From: Peptococcaceae bacterium
GTDB lineage: Bacteria > Bacillota > Peptococcia > Peptococcales > Peptococcaceae
Direction of reading: 5' to 3'
Length of the DNA stretch: 64,000 nt
Assembly: GCA_030524315.1 (NCBI GenBank)
Contig: JAUNGU010000002.1
Location: forward strand, 2,749 to 66,748
Shown here piece after piece: positions 36,539-44,737 of the stretch (its first letter is position 1; the number at the start of each line of letters is the position of its first letter). Below the pieces are notes generated by a model that was given only the letters and a program-made list of their open reading frames with translations, ran no database searches and had not been told where the DNA came from. Both the position numbers and the translations under genes were made by a program.

Positions 36539-37240
36539 ATGAAAATTGCCATTTGCGATGATGATTCGGCGACCTTTGCTTGGATTGAGGAAGCCATAGA
36601 GGAGAAGCTCGGTGCAGAGGTCGAGTGTGAATTCTATGTAGACAGCCAGCTGCTGCTGGAGGATTTTCGAGGGGGCCAGCGCTATGATGTGTATTTTTTG
36701 GATGTATGTATGCCAAAGTGTGATGGCATCGAGCTGGCGGCCGCCATTCGGCGCGCCGATCCGCAAGCATTGATTATTTTTGTATCAGGCTACGAAGAGT
36801 ATGGCTATGCCTGTATCGCCTGCCAGCCCCTTTGCTTTGTCAAAAAAAGTAACTTGGATGCTGATCTTGACAAAGCGTTAAGGGCTGTTTCAAAAACGCT
36901 GGCGATGAGAGAAAAACGCCTAGCTTTCAAAAAAGGGCATGGAAACGTGTTGCTTTCGTGTATGGAGATTTTGTTTATCAAAGGCAGCCGCAACAATTAC
37001 GAGGTCCACACCACAGCAGGTGTCTACAATTTTTATGGCACGCTGGCTCAGGTGGAGAAAATTCTGCCCGACTATATCTTTGTCCGCTGTCACCGTTCCC
37101 ACATTATCAACATCCACCATATCAAAGGGCTGGGGCCGCGCGGCGTTTGGATAGATGGCAATGATGACCCACTTCCTGTCAATCAAAAGGGCTTGGACCA
37201 AATTAATTGCCGCCTTGGAGAAATCATCAGAGCGCGCTAG
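36539..37240 (+). CDS. LytTR-family two-component response regulator (receiver + LytTR DNA-binding domain), no adjacent kinase
   Basis: Receiver MKIAICDDD...YFLDVCMPKCDGIE...IIFVSGY...FVKK. C-terminal LytTR domain (ILFIKGSRNNYEVHT...FVRCHRSHIINIHHI). ATG at 36539 follows AGGAGGAGGGG. Confidence 0.9.
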   Translation: MKIAICDDDSATFAWIEEAIEEKLGAEVECEFYVDSQLLLEDFRGGQRYDVYFLDVCMPKCDGIELAAAIRRADPQALIIFVSGYEEYGYACIACQPLCFVKKSNLDADLDKALRAVSKTLAMREKRLAFKKGHGNVLLSCMEILFIKGSRNNYEVHTTAGVYNFYGTLAQVEKILPDYIFVRCHRSHIINIHHIKGLGPRGVWIDGNDDPLPVNQKGLDQINCRLGEIIRAR

Positions 37241-37336
37241 GATAGGAAATGATCATCGGCGTCACGCATTCGCTTGACGCACCATGGATGGACGCGCAGG
37301 TGCTCTTCCTAAGAAAATAATATTGTCATGACACAT

Positions 37337-37373
37337 GCAGCGATGCGCTCAAAAGCGCCGCTGCAAATTTTTT
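37337..37373 (+). terminator. probable terminator after the LytTR regulator gene
   Basis: GCAGCG..GCGC-TCAAAA-GCGC.CGCTGC stem, then AAA and TTTTTT. Confidence 0.5.
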
Positions 37374-37378
37374 ACCCA

Positions 37379-37442
37379 TTCGTCCTGATTGAATGATGTC
37401 TCATCCTGCAAAGAAAATATTGCGAATTTTGCATGATATACT
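37379..37442 (+). promoter_or_regulatory. second LytTR-type 9-N12-9 box (TTCGTCCTG / CTCATCCTG) plus extended -10 TGaTATACT
   Basis: Repeats at 37379-37387 and 37400-37408 with a 12-nt spacer. 28 nt separate the second repeat from TATACT at 37437-37442, with TG at 37434-37435. Upstream of the CDS at 37504. Confidence 0.6.
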
Positions 37443-37503
37443 TGAGATGAAGACGGTGTCTGTGCTCGGGAAGAATCTCGAAATATGAAAAGGGTGGCCT
37501 GCG

Positions 37504-38271
37504 ATGAAAAGCACAAAAATACATGCGATGGTAATTGTAGTAGTATCTTTGCTACTATGTGCTGGGGTGTATTCTGCAACTGCTGTGGCGCAAAAGGCGC
37601 AAGAACAGGAAGAGAAAACGATTATTAGTGAAACCTCTGCAACATTGGTGAAGTATGATTACGAGGCTTTGTTAATGGATGCGCCGGTTATTGTAGAAGC
37701 CCGTACAATCGATGCTTCCGAGCCCTTTCAGATTCAACCTGTAGGTGGAGACGAAAATGCGAGAAGCAATTTTGTGGATTATACCATCGAAGTGGAGGAT
37801 GTATTCCGAGGAAATATGAGCAGTGGTGATACCTTAGATGTCCGCATTGAAGGCGGCAAGGTGGGGAATCTCGATGTGCGTTTTCATGAGGCGCCAACAC
37901 TGCATATGGGCCAATCGTGTCTGCTGTTTTTGTACCAGCCAAAAATGGGCGCAGGGTACAATACAGAAGGTGACTACTATTATGTGCTAGGATTGGAACA
38001 GGGGGCGTTTCATCCTGTCGAAAATGGTGACAAGACCGTCCAAGGTTATCAAAATGATTTGGGCAATGTGATAAAATTAGAGACGCTGACAAAGGATATC
38101 ACAGAACTCAGCAAGCAAAAGAATGTATCAGTTGGAAATGAGAACAGGGTGTATGAAGAATTTTTGGCAAATCAGAAGGCTAATTTGGAAAGTGGATACA
38201 TTTCAAAAGAAGAGTATGATCGCTTGCTCAGTGACGCGAGAGAATATGCAACGATCGTTCAAAAGAATTAG
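37504..38271 (+). CDS. secreted hypothetical protein (255 aa)
   Basis: N-terminal signal/anchor MKSTKIHAMVIVVVSLLLCAGVYSATAVA. No family recognised. Preceded by the second LytTR-type box. Confidence 0.7.
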   Translation: MKSTKIHAMVIVVVSLLLCAGVYSATAVAQKAQEQEEKTIISETSATLVKYDYEALLMDAPVIVEARTIDASEPFQIQPVGGDENARSNFVDYTIEVEDVFRGNMSSGDTLDVRIEGGKVGNLDVRFHEAPTLHMGQSCLLFLYQPKMGAGYNTEGDYYYVLGLEQGAFHPVENGDKTVQGYQNDLGNVIKLETLTKDITELSKQKNVSVGNENRVYEEFLANQKANLESGYISKEEYDRLLSDAREYATIVQKN

Positions 38272-38334
38272 TGCATTTAGAACGCGCGTGTTTTTCGGCT
38301 TGCCAGAGGTTACTAAATGAGGGGGGTAACTGCG

Positions 38335-39057
38335 ATGTTTAAGCATTGGATGAAGGCGACTGCGGTGGCTGTGTTGCTGGGGGTGTCGGTGCTGGGCTGT
38401 GGGGCGCAGGAGGAGGCTGCGGTGTCTACGCAGGCGGAGGCGCGCTACGAGAAAATTTCTGACACGCTTTATGTTGATGATGCAGCGGTGCGGGTGAATG
38501 ACGATCAGGCTGGGGACGCGAAGCAGATCAAGGACCAGGTCGAGAATTTGGTGCTCCGTGTGCTGCATGCGTCCTACCAGGGGCGGATTGGTACGGTGGA
38601 TGGCGATTTTATCAAGGCGCCGGGACTGGAAGCGGAGCTGGGCGCGCGCATTGCCTACCTCGCCCAAAAATATGATGATGCGGAGTTTGCCAACACGGCG
38701 GCTTATCTGCGGATCAACCATTTTGACATCCAAGACGACGCGGCCAAGGTCATCTGCGATGTTGCCATCAAGGATCCTGAGACAGGCGACGTCAAGGTAG
38801 AAAACCACGAAGGCTATGTCTTTGTCAAGGACGGGGATCACTGGTGCCTGATCAACGACATTGTCGATACGGGTCGTGGCGGCGCGAAGGTTTTGGAGGC
38901 CCTGGTGGAGAACACAAATCCGACCGACTGGAAAACGACCTACTCCTACGAAAATCTCAAACGCAGCGACTACGAAGACGCGCCGGATTTTGTTGCGTTC
39001 TTGAGCGACGATGGCATCACCGCCGATCCAGAAAAAGTCAGCGCCGACGCCCAGTAG
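38335..39057 (+). CDS. hypothetical lipoprotein (240 aa)
   Basis: Lipobox VLGC. ATG at 38335 lies 8 nt after GAGGGGGG. Starts 63 nt after the preceding gene with no intervening terminator. Confidence 0.7.
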   Translation: MFKHWMKATAVAVLLGVSVLGCGAQEEAAVSTQAEARYEKISDTLYVDDAAVRVNDDQAGDAKQIKDQVENLVLRVLHASYQGRIGTVDGDFIKAPGLEAELGARIAYLAQKYDDAEFANTAAYLRINHFDIQDDAAKVICDVAIKDPETGDVKVENHEGYVFVKDGDHWCLINDIVDTGRGGAKVLEALVENTNPTDWKTTYSYENLKRSDYEDAPDFVAFLSDDGITADPEKVSADAQ

Positions 39058-39098
39058 TCCAAGCTTACGTTATTGTCGAAAAAATATGGGTCATACGC

Positions 39099-39148
39099 AA
39101 AAGCCCTCTCTACACAGGCTGCCTGTGTAGAGAGGGCTGATTTTTTTT
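39099..39148. terminator. bidirectional terminator (lipoprotein / CHAD gene convergent)
   Basis: 17-bp stem AGCCCTCTCTACACAGG / CCTGTGTAGAGAGGGCT followed by T8. Confidence 0.85.
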
Positions 39149-39156
39149 GCAAGCAA

Positions 39157-40683
39157 TCAATGCTTCTTCTTGTGCTTTTTCGCGCGGGATTTTTTGCAGG
39201 TGCAGTCGCCGCCGTCGGCTTTGTGCCGTTTGCAGGTGCATTTGCGTTTTTGGTCGTGGTGTTTGTCGGATTTTTCTTTGTGGCCGTGGTGTTTTTTCTT
39301 TTTGCAGGATTTGTCTTTTTTGTCGTGCTTGTCATGTGTCTTTTTCTTGTCGGCCTTGGCCTTGTCTGTGTGAGCGACATCCTGGCGCACCTCTTCGATG
39401 AGGTGGTCGACGACGTCGAGCTGGTCGGCGGCGGATTTGGCCATCATCTGGGCGTAGAGGTTCATGGCGCGGTCGACGCCGGGCTGCATGTGGTCCTCAA
39501 AGAGGGCGTGGAGGTGCTCCATATTGTAGAAGGTGTCGCAATAGGTGCTCAGGCGTTGATTGAGGCGACGGATGCGCAAATATTGCTTGGCTTGGCGATA
39601 ATCGGCCAACGGGCTGAAAAATTCGAAGAGGTAGCGCGAGGTTTTGCAGAGGGCGCGCAGGGCTTCTGTGTCAGCGAGGTTCGTGAAGTCGGTGGAGAGC
39701 ACTGCTTCCTGAACGAGGTGATAACGGCTGATGAATTGCTCACGCACGAGCTGCTCTAGTGGCTCTGTGCGCTGGACGGTCATCAGCGCAGCCATGATCA
39801 GGTGCAGGGCTTCGCTGTAGGCGGCTTCGCTTTCCGGCTGGCTCAGCTGGTCGCAGAGATCCATGACGGCGGAATTTTGCTCGACGACGAGGGCGTCGGC
39901 CAGGGGTGCCAGCTCGAGCTTGCGGGAATTGTGGATGGTTTTGAGGATGGCGTTGATGCTGCGCAGTTCCTCGAGGTCCTCATAGAGGGAAAGGTAGTGC
40001 TCCTCGGCCAGCTCAAAGCTCTGGCTCGTGCAATAAGGCCGCAAAAATTCGATCAGCGCATACTGGGAGCGCAGAGCCACGCGCAAGCGGCTGAGCGCCT
40101 CGCTGTCGTCAGGATCATCGAGAAAATGGTCGCGGGCCTCGATGATTTTTTTGTGCTGATTTTGGATCATCGTCTCGATGCCGATGCCCATTGGCACCGT
40201 AAAGAGCTTGAGGTCGGCCATTTTGCCAAAGCTCAAATCGCTGATGCGGATGGCGTCGCGGGGGCGCTGGGGCGCGAGATAGAGCATCTCGCCGCGGCCC
40301 TTGCGAAACATCACGTCCATGCGCGTCATTTCTCGCAGCCAGTTGCTGAGATAGGGCTCGTGGCCGATGACGACGATGGTCATGCCGTGGTCGAGGGTGG
40401 AGAGTGCTTGGCAAAAGGCGTCAAAATCCCCTTCGGCGAGAAAATCCTTGACCTCCGGAAAAATATGTGGCGTGTAGCGACAGAGCACCTCTGCCGTTTG
40501 CAGGGCGCGGGTTTTTGGCGAGGTCCAAACCTCGCAGTGGGATTTTGTGTTCAAAAAACGTGCCAATGAGGGATAGGCATTTTCCAGCCGCTCGCGACCG
40601 TTTGCGGTCAGGGCACGGTGTACATCTGTGTGATCATAGGAAGCATCCTCTGCTTGGCCGTGGCGAATCAAAATTAAACGCAT
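39157..40683 (-). CDS. SixA-type histidine phosphatase fused to a CHAD domain, with Lys/His/Cys-rich C-terminal tail
   Basis: N-terminus MRLILIRHGQAE...SPKTRALQTAEV...VIGHEPYLS (His-phosphatase RHG and GHEP motifs). Central helical region with LSRLRVALRSQYALIEFLRPY is CHAD-like. Last ~70 aa are K/H-rich with two CTCK motifs. Confidence 0.8.
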   Translation of the reverse strand: MRLILIRHGQAEDASYDHTDVHRALTANGRERLENAYPSLARFLNTKSHCEVWTSPKTRALQTAEVLCRYTPHIFPEVKDFLAEGDFDAFCQALSTLDHGMTIVVIGHEPYLSNWLREMTRMDVMFRKGRGEMLYLAPQRPRDAIRISDLSFGKMADLKLFTVPMGIGIETMIQNQHKKIIEARDHFLDDPDDSEALSRLRVALRSQYALIEFLRPYCTSQSFELAEEHYLSLYEDLEELRSINAILKTIHNSRKLELAPLADALVVEQNSAVMDLCDQLSQPESEAAYSEALHLIMAALMTVQRTEPLEQLVREQFISRYHLVQEAVLSTDFTNLADTEALRALCKTSRYLFEFFSPLADYRQAKQYLRIRRLNQRLSTYCDTFYNMEHLHALFEDHMQPGVDRAMNLYAQMMAKSAADQLDVVDHLIEEVRQDVAHTDKAKADKKKTHDKHDKKDKSCKKKKHHGHKEKSDKHHDQKRKCTCKRHKADGGDCTCKKSRAKKHKKKH

Positions 40684-41016
40684 GGCAGGTTCCTTCTTTC
40701 TATATTTTGACTGTCGTGATCGGTGACAATTTGTTTGAAATTAGTATACCATTTTTTCACGTCTGGGGAATCCTCTCGTATAAAAGATGGGCTTGTGCAA
40801 CATATAAAATATTTTTACGCTTTTTTCGCCATTTTCTGACAACTATTTATTTATTATTGAGGACCTTTTTGGTATAATTTATTGATAACAGGAAAGTAAT
40901 GTCAATTGTTGTTAAGACACCGTACAGACACCGATGCGTTTGAAACATGTTTGTTGCAAAAGAGACATACCTCCTGCTACTTGCATGGAAAAATTACAAA
41001 GATAAGGAAGGGTCCT

Positions 41017-41754
41017 ATGAAAATTCATTTGTTTACACAATGCATGGTGGATATGTTCTATCCACAAGTAGGTATTGCTGCTGTTGAAGTATTGGAAAGA
41101 CTTGGCTGCGAGATTGTCGTTCCAAAGAAGCAGGCTTGCTGCGGTCAGCCGCTCATCAACTCCGGCTACATCAAAGCTTCCAAAGCTGCAATGAAAAACA
41201 CCATCGAAGCCTTCGAAGATGCAGAGATTGTTGTCAGCCTCTCTGGTTCCTGCGCATTTGCGATCAAGCATGAATACCCACATCTTTTGGCTGACGAACC
41301 ACAGTGGGCTGTTCGCGCACAAAAGGTTGCCGACAAGTTTGTCGAATTTACCGACTTCATTGTTAATACCCTTGGTGTGACTGATGTTGGCGCCACCCTT
41401 AACAAGAAAGTCACTTTCCACAAATCCTGCCACGCCACCCGTCTGCTCGGCGTCAAGGAACCACCTCTGACCCTGCTGCAAAATGTCAAGGGCCTCGAAT
41501 ATATCGAAATGGAAAAGGCAGACCGTTGCTGCGGCTTCGGCGGGACCTTCTCGGTAAAGCAGCCTGATATTTCCGAGCAGATCGTTGCCGAAAAGGCACA
41601 GACCATCATCGATAGCGGTGCAGACATCGTTTGCGGCGCTGACCAAGCTTGCCTCATGAACATCGCCGGTCGTCTCGACCGTCTGCGTGACCGTGGCGAG
41701 CTGCCACGCGATATCCGCGTGATGCACATCGCTGAAATTCTCAACTGCCGCTAA
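41017..41754 (+). CDS. lutA: lactate utilization protein A, (Fe-S)-binding CCG-domain protein
   Basis: [19 protein letters not shown]...ACCGQP and CHATR...[11 protein letters not shown] motifs. ATG at 41017. Confidence 0.9.
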   Translation: MKIHLFTQCMVDMFYPQVGIAAVEVLERLGCEIVVPKKQACCGQPLINSGYIKASKAAMKNTIEAFEDAEIVVSLSGSCAFAIKHEYPHLLADEPQWAVRAQKVADKFVEFTDFIVNTLGVTDVGATLNKKVTFHKSCHATRLLGVKEPPLTLLQNVKGLEYIEMEKADRCCGFGGTFSVKQPDISEQIVAEKAQTIIDSGADIVCGADQACLMNIAGRLDRLRDRGELPRDIRVMHIAEILNCR

Positions 41755-41772
41755 GTGATAGGGGGATAAATA

Positions 41773-43224
41773 ATGGCAATTCTTTATAATTTGAACGGCA
41801 AGGAACAATCCTTCCAGGAACGTGTCAAGGATTGTATTGCCGACGATTTTAAGCATAAGGCGATTACCACTGCGACGGACGTCTTCTATGGCAACCGTTC
41901 TGCGCGCGTTGCCGAAATTCCTGAATGGGAAGATCTGCGCGAAGAAGCACGCCGCATCCGTAACCACGTGCTTGACAACTTAGATTATTACCTGGCCCAG
42001 TTCGCTGAAAATGCCGAAAAGGCTGGCTCCAAGGTTTACTTTGCCCAGACCGACAAGGAAGCTGTGCAGCAGGTCATCGAAATTTTCGAAGCCCGCGGCG
42101 CCAAGAAAATGGTTAAGAGTAAGTCCATGATGTCCGAAGAAATCGGCATCAACCACGCACTCATCGACGAAGGCGTTGAAGTGTTCGAAACCGACTTGGC
42201 CGAAATCATTCTCCAGCTCAACAACTGGAACCCACCAAGCCACATCGTTGTTCCTGCCCTGCATTTGGAACGTAACGCCATCCGTGACATTTTCCACAAC
42301 TATGGTTACCAGGGCGACGAAGACCCAGAACGTCTGACCAAGTTCATCCGTGGCTTCATCCGCGAAAAATTCCTCAATGCCGATGTGGGTATGACCGGCT
42401 GCAACTTTGGTGTTGCCGAAACTGGTTCCTGCACCCTCGTTACCAACGAAGGGAACGGCCGCATGAGCTCCTCTGTGCCTAACACCCAGATTGTGCTCAT
42501 GGGGATGGAACGTATCGTGCCAAGCTTCGAAGCCCTCGATGTGCTCGTGGCACTCCTCGTTCGTAGCTCCGTCGGTTCCAAGATTACGTCTTACTTCTCC
42601 CTGACCACCGGTCCTCGTCGTGCCGACGAAGTCGATGGCCCAGAAGAGCAGCACATCATCATCATCGACAACGGCCGCTCCAAGATTTTGGCCAGCGAAT
42701 TCCGCGATATGCTCCGTTGCATCCGTTGCGGCGCCTGCCTCAACATCTGCCCAGTATACCGTCACATCACCGGTCACGGCTACGGCTCCATCTATCCAGG
42801 TCCAATGGGGATCGTTCTCACCCCACTGCTCGTTGGTTATGACAAGGCCAGCGCCCTGCCATGGGCATCCACCCTTTGCGGCGCTTGCAGCGACCATTGC
42901 CCAGTCAAGATTCCTCTGCATGAGCTGATTTTGCGTCATCGCCAGATCCTCGTCGAAGAACAGGGCTACGGCGCTGGGATGCAGAACCTCGTCTTCAAGG
43001 CTGCCGGTGTTGGTCTGGCCCATGCCGGTCTCTACAACATGGGGACCAAGGTTGGCGCACGCGTCATGCCACTGTTGGCCAAGGACCGTAAGTCTCTGAA
43101 GGAAAATGTCAGCCTGCCAGTTGTCAAGAACTGGACCCAGTCCCGCGATATGGACGTTCTGGCCAAGGAAAAATTCAGAGATTGGTTCAAAAAGCACGAA
43201 GCAGAAAAGAAAGGCGGGAAGTAA
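41773..43224 (+). CDS. lutB: lactate utilization protein B, iron-sulfur cluster-binding
   Basis: LUD domain plus CIRCGACLNICPVY and CGACSDHCPV 4Fe-4S motifs. Confidence 0.92.
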   Translation: MAILYNLNGKEQSFQERVKDCIADDFKHKAITTATDVFYGNRSARVAEIPEWEDLREEARRIRNHVLDNLDYYLAQFAENAEKAGSKVYFAQTDKEAVQQVIEIFEARGAKKMVKSKSMMSEEIGINHALIDEGVEVFETDLAEIILQLNNWNPPSHIVVPALHLERNAIRDIFHNYGYQGDEDPERLTKFIRGFIREKFLNADVGMTGCNFGVAETGSCTLVTNEGNGRMSSSVPNTQIVLMGMERIVPSFEALDVLVALLVRSSVGSKITSYFSLTTGPRRADEVDGPEEQHIIIIDNGRSKILASEFRDMLRCIRCGACLNICPVYRHITGHGYGSIYPGPMGIVLTPLLVGYDKASALPWASTLCGACSDHCPVKIPLHELILRHRQILVEEQGYGAGMQNLVFKAAGVGLAHAGLYNMGTKVGARVMPLLAKDRKSLKENVSLPVVKNWTQSRDMDVLAKEKFRDWFKKHEAEKKGGK

Positions 43225-43227
43225 TCC

Positions 43228-43950
43228 ATGTTAAACGAACAGCATAAGCAAGCATTTTTGCACAACGTTTCTCTCGCCCTCGGCCGTAACGAAGTGCCAA
43301 AATCTGTAGAACCATACGATTTCACCAAGGGCCCTCAGCATCATGTCATGAGCGAGGTCCAGACCGATGACGAAATCCTCGCACGCTTCAAGGTAGAATG
43401 CGACAAGCTCGCCATCCAATACACCGAAGTAGATCCATCTGGCCTCAAGGATGCCGTCATCAAGGTCCTCGAAGATTACGGCGGCGGCAAGGTTATTTGC
43501 CCAGACGTGCCACAGATGGAAAAATACGGCCTCAACGAAGCCTTCGCTGAACTCGAAGGCAAGGACGGTCTCCACTTTGTCAAGTGGGAACCGGCCCGCG
43601 GCCGCGAATACAACATTGACAACGCCCAGGATGCCAACATCGGGATCACCTTCCCATGGATGGCCATCGCCGAAACAGCCACCGTGCTCCAGGAATCTGT
43701 TGCCGGTTCCGGCCGCAGCGTTGGGCTTCTGCCAATCACCCACGTGGCCATCGTGCATCGCAGCACCATCAAGCGCCGCATGGGCGACACCATGGTTGCG
43801 CTGAGAAAGCAATTCCAGGATGACCCTGCCAACTTCCCAAGTGCAGTGGTACATATCTCCGGTCCTTCCTCCACCGCCGACATCGAGCTCGTGCGCGTGG
43901 TCGGGGTTCACGGCCCTGTGAACGTGACCTACATCATCGTGAATGACTAA
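43228..43950 (+). CDS. lutC: lactate utilization protein C (LUD domain)
   Basis: Third gene of the lutABC arrangement. Starts 4 nt after the lutB stop. Confidence 0.88.
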   Translation: MLNEQHKQAFLHNVSLALGRNEVPKSVEPYDFTKGPQHHVMSEVQTDDEILARFKVECDKLAIQYTEVDPSGLKDAVIKVLEDYGGGKVICPDVPQMEKYGLNEAFAELEGKDGLHFVKWEPARGREYNIDNAQDANIGITFPWMAIAETATVLQESVAGSGRSVGLLPITHVAIVHRSTIKRRMGDTMVALRKQFQDDPANFPSAVVHISGPSSTADIELVRVVGVHGPVNVTYIIVND

Positions 43951-44482
43951 GTCACATCAAACAACAATCGAAATGCCTGACACCGTTGATGTCGGGCATT
44001 TTTTTCAGGATGAAGGCACCTATTATTTTGGCAAAGCGAGTCTGGCAGATCTGGAGGCGCTCATCGACATGCGCATCACCTATCTCCAGGCAGAGCTGGG
44101 CGCGCTTGACGCCCAGGCGGAAGCGGAGACGCGCCACCAGCTGCGGCCTTTTTTTGAGCGGCATGTGGACCTGGACCTGCTCATCTATGTGGCGCGCTGC
44201 GACGGGCGGATTGTGGGTTCAGTCTTTCTCATGCTCTACGAGCACCCGCCGCGGCCCGACCGTCCCATGGGGCGACACGGCGTCGTCTACAACGTCGTCA
44301 CCGTAGAGGCCCATCGTGGGCAGGGCATTGCCACCAATCTTGTGCAGATGCTCCTGATTGCCGGGCGTAGCCTGGGGCTGGACGACATCTCCCTGCACGC
44401 CACCGCCCAGGGCAAGCCCATTTATAAACGCTTGGGCTTTGTTGAGGATGCCTGCGATCGCATGGTGTACAAATTCACATAA
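43943..44482 (+). CDS. GNAT family N-acetyltransferase
   Basis: Acetyl-CoA motif VVTVEAHRGQGIATNLV. Start uncertain: 43943 (overlaps the lutC end) or 43973. Confidence 0.8.
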   Translation: MTKSHQTTIEMPDTVDVGHFFQDEGTYYFGKASLADLEALIDMRITYLQAELGALDAQAEAETRHQLRPFFERHVDLDLLIYVARCDGRIVGSVFLMLYEHPPRPDRPMGRHGVVYNVVTVEAHRGQGIATNLVQMLLIAGRSLGLDDISLHATAQGKPIYKRLGFVEDACDRMVYKFT

Positions 44483-44531
44483 AAAATTCCCGGCGTATCT
44501 GCGGATGCGACCGGGAATTTTTGAGTGCAAA

Positions 44532-44554
44532 CAAAAAAGCAGCCTCGCGGCTGC
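44532..44554 (-). terminator. terminator downstream of tRNA-Gly
   Basis: GCAGCC-GCGA-GGCTGC followed by TTTTTT on the minus strand. Confidence 0.65.
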
Positions 44555-44559
44555 AAGAA

Positions 44560-44630
44560 AGCGGATGAAGGGAATCGAACCCTCGTATGCAGCTTGGGAA
44601 GCTGCCGTTCTACCATTGAACTACACCCGC
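44560..44630 (-). tRNA. tRNA-Gly (anticodon CCC)
   Basis: Reverse complement GCGGGTGTAGTTCAATGGTAGAACGGCAGCTTCCCAAGCTGCATACGAGGGTTCGATTCCCTTCATCCGCT folds by hand into a cloverleaf. Acceptor GCGGGTG/CATCCGC, D stem GTTC/GAAC, anticodon stem GCAGC/GCTGC with loop TTCCCAA, T loop TTCGATT. CCA is not encoded. Confidence 0.93.
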
Positions 44631-44737
44631 AGGCTTTTTTGAAAGCACTGTTATCATATCAAAAAGCGCGGATGCTGTCAAGGATAATCCCGCAAGCCCT
44701 GGGCGCACAAAAAAGAGCGGCGCAGGGCCGCTCGTGA

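Noticed and set aside
39073-39759. 228-aa plus-strand ORF and small Cys/Phe-rich ORFs at 39147-39401
   Set aside because: They are antisense to the Lys/His-rich tail and CHAD region of the 39157..40683 gene. Their odd composition simply mirrors the AAG/CAC-rich coding strand.
40944-40953. AAACATGTTT palindrome in the long lutA leader, considered as a CcpA cre site
   Set aside because: It mismatches the central CG and the flanking C of the cre consensus at three core positions. It may still be an operator for an unidentified regulator.
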